A DNA stretch of 64,000 nucleotides from Candidatus Latescibacterota bacterium (GCA_965242865.1 CBDETK010000013.1:2176001-2240000); one strand, 5' to 3'; counted from the stretch's first letter, positions 1-9,613 are shown. Notes: generated by a model from the letters alone, not told the origin. Program-made: numbers and translations.

Positions 1-618
1 CTGACCGCTGCCGAGCGCTTCGACGGCGCCAAGGGATACAAGTTTATCTCGTACGCCGTGTGGTGGATCCGGCAGTCCATCTTGCAGACCATTGCCGAGC
101 ACGCCCGCACCGTGCGCCTGCCCCTGAACAAGCTCAGCCTGCTCAAGGACATCTCGCGCGTCGTGCGCAAGCTGGGCCAAGGCCGCGAGAGCGAGCCGGA
201 TGTCGAGGAAATTGCCGCGGAGCTCGGCATGCCGAGCGAGGAGATTCTCGATACCATGCTCAGTGCCCGCTCGGTGCGGTCGCTCGACGAGTCCTTTGAG
301 GACGACGACGATCGCAGCTTGCTCAGCCTCCTCGCCGACGACAATCAGGAGACGCCCGACAGCGATGTCTTGCAGAGCTCGGCCCGCGCCCACTTAGAGG
401 AAGCCCTCGCCAGCCTCGAAGATCGCGAGTTGCGCATCATTCGCCTTTACTTCGGGCTCGATGGCAGCCAAGCTCTCACCTTGGAGCAGATCGGCGGGTT
501 GATGGGCCTGACGCGGGAGCGCGTGCGCCAGCTCAAGGAACGCGCCCTGAGCAAGCTCCGCCACCCGACTCGCTATCAGTCGCTTCTCGCGTTGGTGGAT
601 GAGACGGAGTTTTACTAG
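1..618 (+). CDS. RpoD/RpoS-family sigma-70 factor, 5'-truncated by window edge
   Basis: Frame is open from base 1 (LTAAERFDGAKGYKFISYAVWWIRQ, regions 2.3-2.4). Region 3 reads TVRLPLN and the region 4 HTH reads TLEQIGGLMGLTRERVRQLKERAL. Confidence 0.93.
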   Translation: MTAAERFDGAKGYKFISYAVWWIRQSILQTIAEHARTVRLPLNKLSLLKDISRVVRKLGQGRESEPDVEEIAAELGMPSEEILDTMLSARSVRSLDESFEDDDDRSLLSLLADDNQETPDSDVLQSSARAHLEEALASLEDRELRIIRLYFGLDGSQALTLEQIGGLMGLTRERVRQLKERALSKLRHPTRYQSLLALVDETEFY

Positions 619-630
619 GATTGCAAGCGA

Positions 631-658
631 GTCCGCTGCCCTAGCACGGGCAGCGGAC
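631..658. terminator. GC-rich hairpin between convergent genes (possible bidirectional terminator)
   Basis: gtccgctgccc-tagcac-gggcagcggac: perfect 11-bp stem but no clear U tract. Confidence 0.45.
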
Positions 659-692
659 CGCAGTGGTGGGATGGGCAGCGGCGGCCAGCGGC

Positions 693-1466
693 TCAGCCTT
701 CGCCTTCCCGCAACTTCTTGAGCTCGTCGCGCAAGCGCGCGGCTTTTTCAAACTCTTCGCTATCGACCGCCTCTTGTAGCCAGCGCTCTAGCTGCTCCTT
801 TTGGCTCAGCGGTCTCTTTTGCAAAATTTCCTGTTCCAGCTCTTCGAGCGCGGCTTCTGAACGCTCGCGCTCAATGTAGAACTCTTCGGCATCTACCTCG
901 GGCCAGGTGTCGATCCGGCTGCGGGTCCGCTGCACGATGGCCAACGCCCGGTCGTACTCTTGGTTGCCGATGGCGAGCATGGCCTGAGCTACGCCGTTGA
1001 TGCGCAAGACATAAGGCCACCATTTCTCCAGATTGTCGCGGTCTTCTTGGTCCTCGGCATAGCGATTGACAAACCGAAAGAGCACCATATTGCGCTCGGT
1101 ATCGCGCACGACCCGCCGGTAGTCGTGCAGTTGGATCAGAAAGGCGTAGCGCTTGTACAAGCGGCTCCCTTCGTCGAACAGCTCGCGGCAAGCCGCTTCG
1201 TCGAGTGCGAAGCGCTCATCGCTGCCCTCGTGCCGGCGGCGGTATTTTCTCAATTCGTCTTGGTAGTAATCGAGAGCAAAGTCGCGGCCGTGGGGCCGGC
1301 GGCCGTCGGGCCGGCCATCGAGATTTAGCTGCAAAATGCCCTGAAAGGCCCCTTGGTCCACCCGAATCTGGATCTTTGCAACCCCGTCCCTGCCCGATAC
1401 TTTCCGCACATTCGCCTCTGGATCGAAAGACCATTCATTTAATAGGTCGGTCATATCTCGACTCAT
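693..1466 (-). CDS. Conserved protein with C-terminal UvrB/UvrC (UVR) motif
   Basis: C-terminal LQEAVDSEEFEKAARLRDELKKL matches the UVR motif; N-terminal GILQLNLDGRPDGRRPHG. Confidence 0.8.
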   Translation of the reverse strand: MSRDMTDLLNEWSFDPEANVRKVSGRDGVAKIQIRVDQGAFQGILQLNLDGRPDGRRPHGRDFALDYYQDELRKYRRRHEGSDERFALDEAACRELFDEGSRLYKRYAFLIQLHDYRRVVRDTERNMVLFRFVNRYAEDQEDRDNLEKWWPYVLRINGVAQAMLAIGNQEYDRALAIVQRTRSRIDTWPEVDAEEFYIERERSEAALEELEQEILQKRPLSQKEQLERWLQEAVDSEEFEKAARLRDELKKLREGEG

Positions 1467-1609
1467 GCCAACCTCTCGCGACCCCTGTGTACTGACATTT
1501 CAGAAATCCTCATTGCAAAATAATAATCGGGTTGATGCGTTACGGCAATGACCGACCCGCGAACTTGGGCCGCGCCATGCCCGCCGCCCCGTTAGAGGCT
1601 AACCGGCGA

Positions 1610-1625
1610 TGGCATAGTTTTCGCT
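1610..1625 (+). promoter_or_regulatory. Possible sigma54 -24/-12 promoter for the NifA-like gene
   Basis: TGGCAT-AGTTT-TCGCT keeps GG-N10-GC, but the -12 element deviates from TTGC. Confidence 0.35.
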
Positions 1626-1686
1626 TTGCTATATTTACAAAAATGTTATTTTTATCCACACTAACGACAAAAAAGTCGTAGATAGG

Positions 1687-3234
1687 ATGCCTCCAATGTC
1701 CACCCCACCGACCACCCGAGCGCAACAACAGATCTCCATCCTGCACAGCATCGGACAAATACTGGGCTCAACGACCGAGTTTGAGGAGGCGTTCAACGCC
1801 ATTCTCAAGCTCATGTGCGACCAGCTCGACATGAGTTTGGGAACGGTCAGCCTCTTGACGGCGACCGAAGTCTCCATTGACGTGGCTTATGGCCTCTCGC
1901 AATCGGAAATCAAGCGAGGCCGCTACGACGTCGGCGAAGGCGTCACCGGCAAGGTCGTAGAATCGGGCAAGCCCGTGATCGTGCCGCGCATCAGCAGCGA
2001 GCCGCTCTTCCTCAACCGCACCGGCGCCCGCGGCAGCGCGGCCAAGAGCCAGACCTCGTTTATTTGCGTCCCCATCCTACAGCAGCAGCAGGTAGTGGGC
2101 ACCATTAGCGTCGATATTCCTTACAAGGACAACGAAAGCCTGCAAGATACCGTGCGCCTGCTGTCTATCATATCCGCCATGATCGGCCAATCGGTCGCCG
2201 CTCGACAACGCGCCCGCGCCGAGCAAACCGAGCTGCTCGACGAAAACTTGCGCCTACAAAAGGAGCTCCGCGCGCGCTTTCACCCCGCCAATCTCATCGG
2301 CAACTCTCGACCCATGCAGGAGGTGGGCCAGCTCATCGGCCAAGTGGCCTCCAGCGACGCCACGGTCCTGTTGCGCGGCGCGAGCGGCACGGGCAAGGAA
2401 CTTGCCGCAGATGCCATACATTACAACAGCTTACGCGCCGACAAGCCCTTTGTCAAAGTGCATGTTGCGGCCCTGCCGGAGACCTTGGTTGAAGCCGAAT
2501 TATTCGGCCACGAGCGCGGCGCGTACACCGGGGCCTCGACGAGCAAAGCCGGCCGGTTTGAGCGCGCCCGCGGCGGAACCATTTTCCTCGACGAAATCGG
2601 CGAACTCAGCCTCGGCGCGCAGGTAAAGCTGCTCCGCGTGTTGCAAAATCGCGAAGTCGAGCGCCTCGGCGGGCGCGGCCCCATAGCGATTGATGTCCGC
2701 GTCGTGGCGGCGACCCACATCGATCTGGAAAAAGCCATGGCCGAGGGGACCTTCCGCGAGGACCTCTTCTACCGCCTCAACGTCTTTCCCATCTTCATCC
2801 CGCCCTTGCGCGAGCGCAAACCCGACATCCTCCAACTCGCCGACCACTTCCTCGAAAAGTACTCCCGCCAGCACGGCGTGGAAATGCACCGCATTTCTAC
2901 GCCCGCCATTGACATGATGATGAGCTACCATTGGCCGGGCAATGTGCGCGAGCTGGAAAACTGCATTGAACGGGCGATCATTCTCAGCAACGACGGCGTC
3001 ATCCACGGCCACCACCTGCCCCCCTCCCTGCAAACGGCCGACGCGACCGGCACGCCGGTCGCCGGCTCGTTTTCGACGATGATGCGGGCCTATGAGCGAG
3101 AAATCGTCATCGAGGCCCTCAAAAACGCCCGCGGCAACATGGCCAAGGCCGCCCGCGCCCTCGGCACTACGCCCCGCATTTTCTCGTATCGCATCCAAAA
3201 ACTGGACATCTGCCCGAAAAACTACAAGAAATAG
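1687..3234 (+). CDS. NifA-like sigma54-dependent enhancer-binding protein (GAF-AAA+-Fis HTH)
   Basis: GAF domain (GEGVTGKVVESG...SFICVPI), Walker A GASGTGKE, GAYTGA loop, Walker B FLDEIGEL, FREDLFYRLNV, WPGNVRELEN, HTH NMAKAARALG. Confidence 0.92.
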   Translation: MPPMSTPPTTRAQQQISILHSIGQILGSTTEFEEAFNAILKLMCDQLDMSLGTVSLLTATEVSIDVAYGLSQSEIKRGRYDVGEGVTGKVVESGKPVIVPRISSEPLFLNRTGARGSAAKSQTSFICVPILQQQQVVGTISVDIPYKDNESLQDTVRLLSIISAMIGQSVAARQRARAEQTELLDENLRLQKELRARFHPANLIGNSRPMQEVGQLIGQVASSDATVLLRGASGTGKELAADAIHYNSLRADKPFVKVHVAALPETLVEAELFGHERGAYTGASTSKAGRFERARGGTIFLDEIGELSLGAQVKLLRVLQNREVERLGGRGPIAIDVRVVAATHIDLEKAMAEGTFREDLFYRLNVFPIFIPPLRERKPDILQLADHFLEKYSRQHGVEMHRISTPAIDMMMSYHWPGNVRELENCIERAIILSNDGVIHGHHLPPSLQTADATGTPVAGSFSTMMRAYEREIVIEALKNARGNMAKAARALGTTPRIFSYRIQKLDICPKNYKK

Positions 3235-3241
3235 CGATACA

Positions 3242-3286
3242 AGCTACAAAATTGTTATTTATTCCGGCTGGTTCAGTTTTGTAGCT
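3242..3286. promoter_or_regulatory. Candidate upstream activator site (10-bp inverted repeat)
   Basis: agctacaaaa (3242-3251), 25-nt spacer, ttttgtagct (3277-3286); lies about 75-115 bp upstream of the sigma54 promoter. Confidence 0.45.
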
Positions 3287-3358
3287 CATGCTGTAATTTT
3301 TTCTAACTGCCGAATTTACAATAAGCTACACTTCTGAAGTCCCCGCGCCCAATCCCCT

Positions 3359-3374
3359 TGGCACATTTCTTGCA
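3359..3374 (+). promoter_or_regulatory. sigma54 -24/-12 promoter of the amtB-PII operon
   Basis: TGGCAC-ATTTC-TTGCA is an exact match to TGGCAC-N5-TTGCW, directly downstream of a sigma54 activator gene. Confidence 0.88.
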
Positions 3375-3455
3375 TATAGCAATCCGTCGTTTGCATCCAC
3401 GAGGCGTCGCCCAGACGCCTCCTCATACCTCATTCGTTAAGGGAAGGGATTGCCC

Positions 3456-4802
3456 ATGCCTGTTTTTCGCAACCGTCCTTCGCTCCTGTGGATCTGTGCC
3501 GGGGTCCTCGGGGCGACCACTGGGGCTTCGGCGGGAGATTTCAACACCGTAGAAGCCTTCCAAGCCATGCCCTTGGCCTATCCCAAATTCATGATAGACA
3601 ACCTGTGGATTCTCATGGCCGCAGTCTTGGTCTTCATCATGCACCTGGGCTTTGCCACGCTCGAATCCGGCCTGACCCGGCAGAAGAACACGGTCAACAT
3701 CCTCTTTAAGAACCTCTTTATCATCTCGGCCGGCGTCCTCACCTACGCCTTGTGCGGCTTCAACATCATGTATCCGGGCGACGATTGGGTCATCGCCGAT
3801 GTGTTGGCCCTCAAGGGCTGGATCGGCTTTGACAGCGACGTGGCCAACCTGACCAATCAGTACGCAGATTACACCTACTGGTCGGACTTCATCTTCCAAG
3901 CCATGTTCGCCGCGACCGCCGCGACCATCGTCTCCGGTGCTGTGGCCGAGCGCGTCAAGCTGTCGGGCTTCATGCTCTACGCTGCGGTCTTGGTGGCCTT
4001 TGGCTACACCATAGCCGGCTCTTGGAAGTGGGGTGCCGGTTGGCTCGACGACCTCGGTTTCTACGATTTCGCCGGCTCGTCGGTCGTCCACGCCTTTGGC
4101 GGCTTTTCGGCCCTCGCCGCAGTCTTGGTGCTAGGGGCGCGCAAGGGCAAGTACGTCAACGGAGAGATCAGGCCCATCCTCGGGCACAGCATGCCCCTGT
4201 CAACCATCGGGGTCTTTCTGCTCTGGCTCGGCTGGTTTGGCTTCAACGGCGGCTCGGTGCTCAGCGCCGACCCGGCGGCCGTATCGCTGGTCTTCGTCAC
4301 CACCACTCTGGCCGCGGCGGCCGGGTGTATGGCCGCGATTTTCACGTCTTACATTTATCTCAAAAAGCCCGACATCACCATGGCGCTCAACGGCATCCTC
4401 GCCGGGCTGGTGGGCATCACGGCTGGGGCCGACGTGGTCACTTGGGGCGGGGCGGTCTGGATTGGGCTGATCGCCGGGCTCATCGTCGTTTTCGCCATTG
4501 TCTGTATCGACCGCATCAAAATTGACGATCCGGTGGGCGCTATCTCCGTCCACGGCGTCTGCGGCATTTGGGGCACGGTCGCGGTCGGGCTGTTCAGCAC
4601 CAACGCCGACCACAGCGTGGGCACTCAGCTGTTGGGCACCCTGTCGTACGCCCTCTTCGCCTTTGTCTTTTCCTGGGTCCTCGCGGTCGTCGTCAAGGCG
4701 CTACTCGGGTTCCGCGTCGATGAGGAGGAAGAGGACGAGGGGCTCGACCTCAGTGAGCACGGCCAGCCCGCGTACGCGGATTTCCAGCACATCAACAACT
4801 AA
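3456..4802 (+). CDS. amtB: Ammonium transporter Amt
   Basis: FQAMFAAT, DFAGSSVVH, WFGFNGGS, DDPVGAISVHG (twin His), C-terminal EEEDEGLDLSEHG. Confidence 0.97.
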   Translation: MPVFRNRPSLLWICAGVLGATTGASAGDFNTVEAFQAMPLAYPKFMIDNLWILMAAVLVFIMHLGFATLESGLTRQKNTVNILFKNLFIISAGVLTYALCGFNIMYPGDDWVIADVLALKGWIGFDSDVANLTNQYADYTYWSDFIFQAMFAATAATIVSGAVAERVKLSGFMLYAAVLVAFGYTIAGSWKWGAGWLDDLGFYDFAGSSVVHAFGGFSALAAVLVLGARKGKYVNGEIRPILGHSMPLSTIGVFLLWLGWFGFNGGSVLSADPAAVSLVFVTTTLAAAAGCMAAIFTSYIYLKKPDITMALNGILAGLVGITAGADVVTWGGAVWIGLIAGLIVVFAIVCIDRIKIDDPVGAISVHGVCGIWGTVAVGLFSTNADHSVGTQLLGTLSYALFAFVFSWVLAVVVKALLGFRVDEEEEDEGLDLSEHGQPAYADFQHINN

Positions 4803-4820
4803 GCGAGGGGAGAAACCACG

Positions 4821-5159
4821 ATGTACAAAATTGAAGCATTTCTCCGGCCATCGGTCCTTGAGGACGTGCAGAAGGCTCTCGGCGAACGAGGCATCGCCGG
4901 CATGTCCGTAACCGAAGTGCGGGGCTTTGGCCGCCAGCGCGGCCATCGCGAGGTCTATCGCGGCGCCGAGTACCGCATTGATTTCGTCCCCAAGATCAAA
5001 GTCGAGGTCGTCGTCAAGGACGCAGACCACGAGCAAGCGATTCACACCATCGTCGAGGCGGCCAAGTCTGGCAAAGTCGGCGACGGCAAGGTCTTTGCCT
5101 CGCCGATCCAAGAGGCCGTGCGCATCCGCACCGGCGAGACGGGCGAAAGCGCCCTCTGA
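4821..5159 (+). CDS. glnK: P-II nitrogen regulatory protein
   Basis: 112 aa with GFGRQRG, T-loop YRGAEY, GDGKVF and VRIRTGE; adjacent to amtB. Confidence 0.93.
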   Translation: MYKIEAFLRPSVLEDVQKALGERGIAGMSVTEVRGFGRQRGHREVYRGAEYRIDFVPKIKVEVVVKDADHEQAIHTIVEAAKSGKVGDGKVFASPIQEAVRIRTGETGESAL

Positions 5160-5261
5160 GAACGAGGGGCCGGCGCGCCCTTTGGTTGCTCTGGCCCCCT
5201 TTCTTACCTTACCTTACCATCACTCAACGCAGTACACCTCAATCCATTCAAGGAGACCTTG

Positions 5262-5948
5262 ATGAACCGCTTGCTCTTGCTTTTTGCCGCACCCCTGCTC
5301 TTCGCGCTGACGTTAGCCGCTGTTCCGGCCGATGCCGGGGTTGGCTTTGGGGCCGACGTAGTCAACCGCTACGTGTGGCGCGGCACGGATTTTGGCAACG
5401 CCGTCAGCATCCAGCCGGGCCTGTCCATCAGCCACGGCAACATCGAAGTCGGCGCTTGGTCGTCGTGGGCCGTCACCGACGGCGGTGCCAACGAGAACGA
5501 CCTCTACGTCAGCTTCTCTTCCGGCCCCGTCGGCATTACCCTGACCGACTACTACTTCCCGGGCCTGACCGACGACGACTCGTTCTTCAGCTATAACAAC
5601 TATAGCAAAGAAGAACTCGAAAGGGACGCAGAAAAATCCAATCCACACATCCTCGAAATCAGCGCGTCCCTCGCCCTCGACGGCATGCCCTTGAGCGCCC
5701 TAGCGGCCTTCAACTTCTCCGGCGACCCCGACGATTCGTTCTGGGTGGAAGCGACCTACGACTTGGGCGAGATGGAAGAGACCGCTGTCAGCGTCACCGC
5801 CGGCTTCGGCAACGGGGTGTACACCACCGATACCGACCCGGCCTTGGTCAGCGTCGGCCTCAACATGAGCAAGGGCGATTACTTCGCCTCGTACATCCTC
5901 AATCCCGACAAAGAAAGCTCCTTCCTCGTCTTTGGCAGGAGCTTCTAA
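5262..5948 (+). CDS. TorF-like putative outer-membrane porin
   Basis: Signal peptide, NRYVWRG and ENDLY motifs, alternating beta-strands, C-terminal Phe. Confidence 0.72.
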   Translation: MNRLLLLFAAPLLFALTLAAVPADAGVGFGADVVNRYVWRGTDFGNAVSIQPGLSISHGNIEVGAWSSWAVTDGGANENDLYVSFSSGPVGITLTDYYFPGLTDDDSFFSYNNYSKEELERDAEKSNPHILEISASLALDGMPLSALAAFNFSGDPDDSFWVEATYDLGEMEETAVSVTAGFGNGVYTTDTDPALVSVGLNMSKGDYFASYILNPDKESSFLVFGRSF

Positions 5949-5971
5949 ACCGGGTCTGTAGCAGCGGGACT

Positions 5972-6005
5972 AAAGGGGCGGTGCCAGCTTGGCATCGCCC
6001 CTTTT
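5972..6005 (+). terminator. Rho-independent terminator
   Basis: aaaggggcggtgcca-gct-tggcatcgcccctttt: hairpin followed by a T tract. Confidence 0.8.
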
Positions 6006-6069
6006 ACATTTTTATATTCAGCCCTCTAATATGAAGCGACTTTTGCCCTCTCTACCTATCGGATGACGC

Positions 6070-7521
6070 ATGAACCGCCCCAATCGCAAAGCCCGCGGTT
6101 CCTACTACACCCCCCCTGATGTCGCCGCCGCCCTAGTGCGCTGGGTGATCCGCACCGGGCGCGAACGCCTGCTAGACCCCTCGTGCGGCGATGGTCGGTT
6201 TCTCGCTCTCCATCCCTACAGTACTGGCGTGGATTGCGACGAGAACGCGGCCGCAGCGGCCGGACAGGCCGCAACCCATGCGCGAATCCACTGCGCGGAT
6301 TTCTTCGACTGGGCTGCCACCGCGTCCCCGCGCTTTGACTGCGCGGTCGGCAATCCGCCCTTCATTCGCTATCAGCGATTTAGCGGCCAGACGCGGCAAC
6401 GCGCGCTCGGGCTGTGCGCCGCGCTGGGCGTCCGGCTTTCGGGGCTTTCCTCGTCTTGGGTTCCGCACCTGATTGTAGCGGCTTCGCTCCTGCGTCCCGG
6501 CGGGCGCATGGCCTTTGTAGTGCCCGCTGAAATCGGCCATGCGCCCTATGCGGCTCCGCTGCTTACTTGGCTGGTACAACGCTTTGCCGATGTGCAAATC
6601 GTGGCGATTCGACGAAAGGTGTTTGCGGAGTTGTCCGAGGATGTATGGCTGTTGTATGCCGACGGTTTCGGCGGACGCACCCAACATCTCGGATTTACCG
6701 ACGTCGAGTCTTTCGGCTTCCAGCAAACTCCTCCGAAAGGGACGGTGCAGGTCTCTATGTCCGAGTGGCAAAACTGGCGTTGTCGGCTGCGACCTATGCT
6801 GTTGCCCGAGCGAATTCGCTCCGCGTACCGCTCGCTCCTACACGCGCACGACAGTTTGGTGCTCGGCGAATGCGCGGCCGTGGGCATCGGCTACGTCTCA
6901 GGGGCCAACGACTTCTTCCACCTGCGGCCGTCTCAGGTGCGGCAGCTCGGAGTACCGAATACCTGCCTCCGTCCCACGGTCCGCCGGGGGCGCGACCTCC
7001 AAGGCGCGGCCATTACCTCCGAGACGGTCGATCAATGGCGACAGCGCGACGCGCCGAACTTTCTTCTCGCGCTCAATGCCCGCGCCCCAATACCCGAATC
7101 CGTCCGCCACCACCTCAACTCGGCCGCCGGCCGCGCCGTGCGCAGCCGCTACAAGTGCCGCGTCCGCAAGCCGTGGTACGTCGTGCCGAACGTGATTGTG
7201 CCGGATCTTTTTTTAACGTATATGAGCAGCGCAATGCCTGTACTCGTGGCCAATCGCGCCAGCTGCACCTGTACGAACACCGTTCACGCCGTCCGTCTCC
7301 TCGACGGCATTTCCCCCGTCCGTCTCCAGTCCCTTTGGAACACGGCACTTACCGCGTTGAGCTGCGAAATTGAGGGGCATCCCCTCGGTGGCGGCGTACT
7401 CAAATTAGAGCCTCGGGAGGCCCTGCGCGTCGCCGTAAGTCGGACGGGACACCTATCGCCAACCACCGAAACCACGCTCCGCGAAGGCATTGATTTACTT
7501 CGCTCGTGGAGACATGTATGA
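6070..7521 (+). CDS. Type II N6-adenine DNA methyltransferase (gamma class, PaeR7I/TaqI-like)
   Basis: GSYYTP, motif I LLDPSCGDGRF, motif IV VGNPPF, C-terminal GGGVLKLEPREA. Confidence 0.9.
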   Translation: MNRPNRKARGSYYTPPDVAAALVRWVIRTGRERLLDPSCGDGRFLALHPYSTGVDCDENAAAAAGQAATHARIHCADFFDWAATASPRFDCAVGNPPFIRYQRFSGQTRQRALGLCAALGVRLSGLSSSWVPHLIVAASLLRPGGRMAFVVPAEIGHAPYAAPLLTWLVQRFADVQIVAIRRKVFAELSEDVWLLYADGFGGRTQHLGFTDVESFGFQQTPPKGTVQVSMSEWQNWRCRLRPMLLPERIRSAYRSLLHAHDSLVLGECAAVGIGYVSGANDFFHLRPSQVRQLGVPNTCLRPTVRRGRDLQGAAITSETVDQWRQRDAPNFLLALNARAPIPESVRHHLNSAAGRAVRSRYKCRVRKPWYVVPNVIVPDLFLTYMSSAMPVLVANRASCTCTNTVHAVRLLDGISPVRLQSLWNTALTALSCEIEGHPLGGGVLKLEPREALRVAVSRTGHLSPTTETTLREGIDLLRSWRHV

Positions 7522-8411
7522 CTAAGGACGCCAAGTGCTGTCGCTGGTTGACGCTCGCCGAGGCCCTCAAAGGCTTCGCTAGGCCTAGCGGACGAACGCA
7601 AAGCCAAGCCCACATCAGGCCCCTCCACTGGTACGTGGCGTGCCGGTTGGTTCTCGAGGGTGGGTTCCTCCCCGAAGAAGTCACCCCACGCCCGCCATTT
7701 GAGGTTCGGAAGCGAAGTCACCGCGATGAAAGGCTCGTCCTTACACACAAACCGAACGCGGGTGGTGCCGGTGAGTTGACGATCCTCGGCGGACTAAAGA
7801 CCAAAGATGTGGACGTCGCCGTGACCAAACCACAGATTGGTCCGTGTATTGCCGTCTCGGTCAAGGGTACGCTCAATGCCTTTCGCAATTTGACCAATCG
7901 CATGGAAGAGGCCATCGGCGACTGCACGAACCTCCATATCTCGTATCCCAATCTCGTCTATGGTTTTTTACACGTGCTGCGAGCCAATCGGGAAGGCCCA
8001 CGGGCGGCCTCGGATGCAGCCTTTCTGCACGCGGATCGCGAGGGCAAGGTCGCTGCCAATGACATCTCCCTGCGCCCCGATGGGCGGCCAACAGACTCCA
8101 TCGTCCGCTACCACGATGTGCTTCTCGGCCTAGCCGGTCGCAACGGGATCCGCGCAGACATCACGTGTTATGAGTCGCTTGCGGTGGCACTAGTCAGCCC
8201 TGACGCACTTTCGATCTTGGACGCATGGCCAGCAGGCGACAGCCCGCTGCGAATCGAGAGGTTTTTCGAGCGGCTCTACCGCGAGTACGACCAGCGCTAT
8301 GTATTTGTCGCGCCCAAACTTGAACGACGGACCGCCCGTGCGGTCTGGCATCCCGACTCGCCCGCTTTAGCTGAGCCGCTTGCCCGGGAATTTACCGCAC
8401 GATCTGGCTAG
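7518..8411 (+). CDS. Putative type II restriction endonuclease, PaeR7I/XhoI-like
   Basis: PD-(D/E)xK-like KDVDV...AVSVKG and NLTNRMEEAIGD; ATGA overlap with the methyltransferase stop. Confidence 0.68.
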   Translation: MTKDAKCCRWLTLAEALKGFARPSGRTQSQAHIRPLHWYVACRLVLEGGFLPEEVTPRPPFEVRKRSHRDERLVLTHKPNAGGAGELTILGGLKTKDVDVAVTKPQIGPCIAVSVKGTLNAFRNLTNRMEEAIGDCTNLHISYPNLVYGFLHVLRANREGPRAASDAAFLHADREGKVAANDISLRPDGRPTDSIVRYHDVLLGLAGRNGIRADITCYESLAVALVSPDALSILDAWPAGDSPLRIERFFERLYREYDQRYVFVAPKLERRTARAVWHPDSPALAEPLAREFTARSG

Positions 8412-8484
8412 GCGTCTTGATAAAATTTAAGGAGATAAGTATGCACTATGCTCGTAGCCTTGTGGCCTATTTGCGGAATGAGCC

Positions 8485-9072
8485 ATGGACAAGCGCTTAG
8501 CCCTCTGTCTTTTGCTCGCCCTGCCAGCGCGAGCCGTTGCCGACGTGGAAGGCATGGTGCGGATCGGCCCGGACTTCTACATCGACCAGTACGAGTACCC
8601 CAACCGGCGCGGCACCCTCCCCACCGTCGATGTCACTTGGGGCGAAGCGGAATCGCTCTGCGCGGCGCAGGGCAAGCGGCTGTGTACCGAACAGGAATGG
8701 CAAAAAGCCTGCACTGGGCCGCAGAACTTCGCGTACTCTTATGGCGCGGAATTCGAGCCGGGGCGCTGCAATACGCGCTTTGCCGTGGATGGGGTCTGGC
8801 AGCGCGGCCCGGGCCTCGCGCCCAGCGGCGCATTTACGCGCTGCGCCAACGACTACGGGGTCTATGACCTGATCGGCAACGCTTGGGAGTGGACCGCATC
8901 TTGGTATGCGCGCTCCAACCGCTGGCGGGTCGTGCGCGGCGGCTCCTTTTTCCACACCATCAATCTAGCCCGGGCCGACGCCCGCTACGGGCGGTTCCTC
9001 GGCCCGGATTACCACCTCGATTTAGTGGGCTTTCGTTGTTGCCGCTCGGCCGCGGCCCCCCAAGCACCATAA
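8485..9072 (+). CDS. FGE-sulfatase/SUMF1-domain secreted protein
   Basis: Signal peptide, KRLCTEQEW, GVYDLIGNAWEW, VRGGSF, GFRCC. Confidence 0.88.
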   Translation: MDKRLALCLLLALPARAVADVEGMVRIGPDFYIDQYEYPNRRGTLPTVDVTWGEAESLCAAQGKRLCTEQEWQKACTGPQNFAYSYGAEFEPGRCNTRFAVDGVWQRGPGLAPSGAFTRCANDYGVYDLIGNAWEWTASWYARSNRWRVVRGGSFFHTINLARADARYGRFLGPDYHLDLVGFRCCRSAAAPQAP

Positions 9073-9076
9073 CGCC

Positions 9077-9613
9077 ATGGCCATTCGCAAGGTGTCGCGG
9101 CTGGGGCATCCGGTGCTGCGCCAACGCGCCGCGGCCATTCCCCCTGCCCAGATGCAAAGCCCCCAGATGCAGGGCTTAATCGACGACATGATCGAGACCA
9201 TGATCGACTACGAGGGCATTGGCTTGGCCGCGCCGCAAGTCTTTGAACCCCTGCGGCTAATCGTCCTCGGCACGCCCCAAGCCGATCCCCAAGACGAGGC
9301 CGCCATCCCCCTGACCGTGCTCTTCAATCCGCAGTGTACCGCCCGGTCGCCAGAGTCCTTGGAGGGCTGGGAAGGCTGCTTGAGCATTCCCCAACTGCGC
9401 GGCGTCGTCCCGCGCGCCGCGGCCGTTGCGGTGCGGGGCTACGACCGCGAAGGCCGCGCGATCGCGCTCGAAGCAGAGGGGTTTTTCGCCCGGGTCCTCC
9501 AACACGAAATCGACCACCTCGACGGCGTGCTCTTCCCCGATCGCATGGCCGACCTACAGACCCTTACCTTCTTGGAGGAATACCAACGCTACTGGCTCGA
9601 CGCCCAAGCGTGA
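9077..9613 (+). CDS. def: Peptide deformylase
   Basis: GIGLAAPQV, EGCLS and QHEIDHLDG motifs. Confidence 0.97.
   Translation: MAIRKVSRLGHPVLRQRAAAIPPAQMQSPQMQGLIDDMIETMIDYEGIGLAAPQVFEPLRLIVLGTPQADPQDEAAIPLTVLFNPQCTARSPESLEGWEGCLSIPQLRGVVPRAAAVAVRGYDREGRAIALEAEGFFARVLQHEIDHLDGVLFPDRMADLQTLTFLEEYQRYWLDAQA

Noticed and set aside
1687-3234. Evidence of nitrogen fixation (true nifA)
   Set aside because: No nif structural genes nearby; the adjacent sigma54 promoter drives amtB-PII.
3385-3455. Glutamine riboswitch or ANTAR element in the amtB leader
   Set aside because: Only a single short hairpin; I could not match the glnA-motif or twin-hexaloop consensus.
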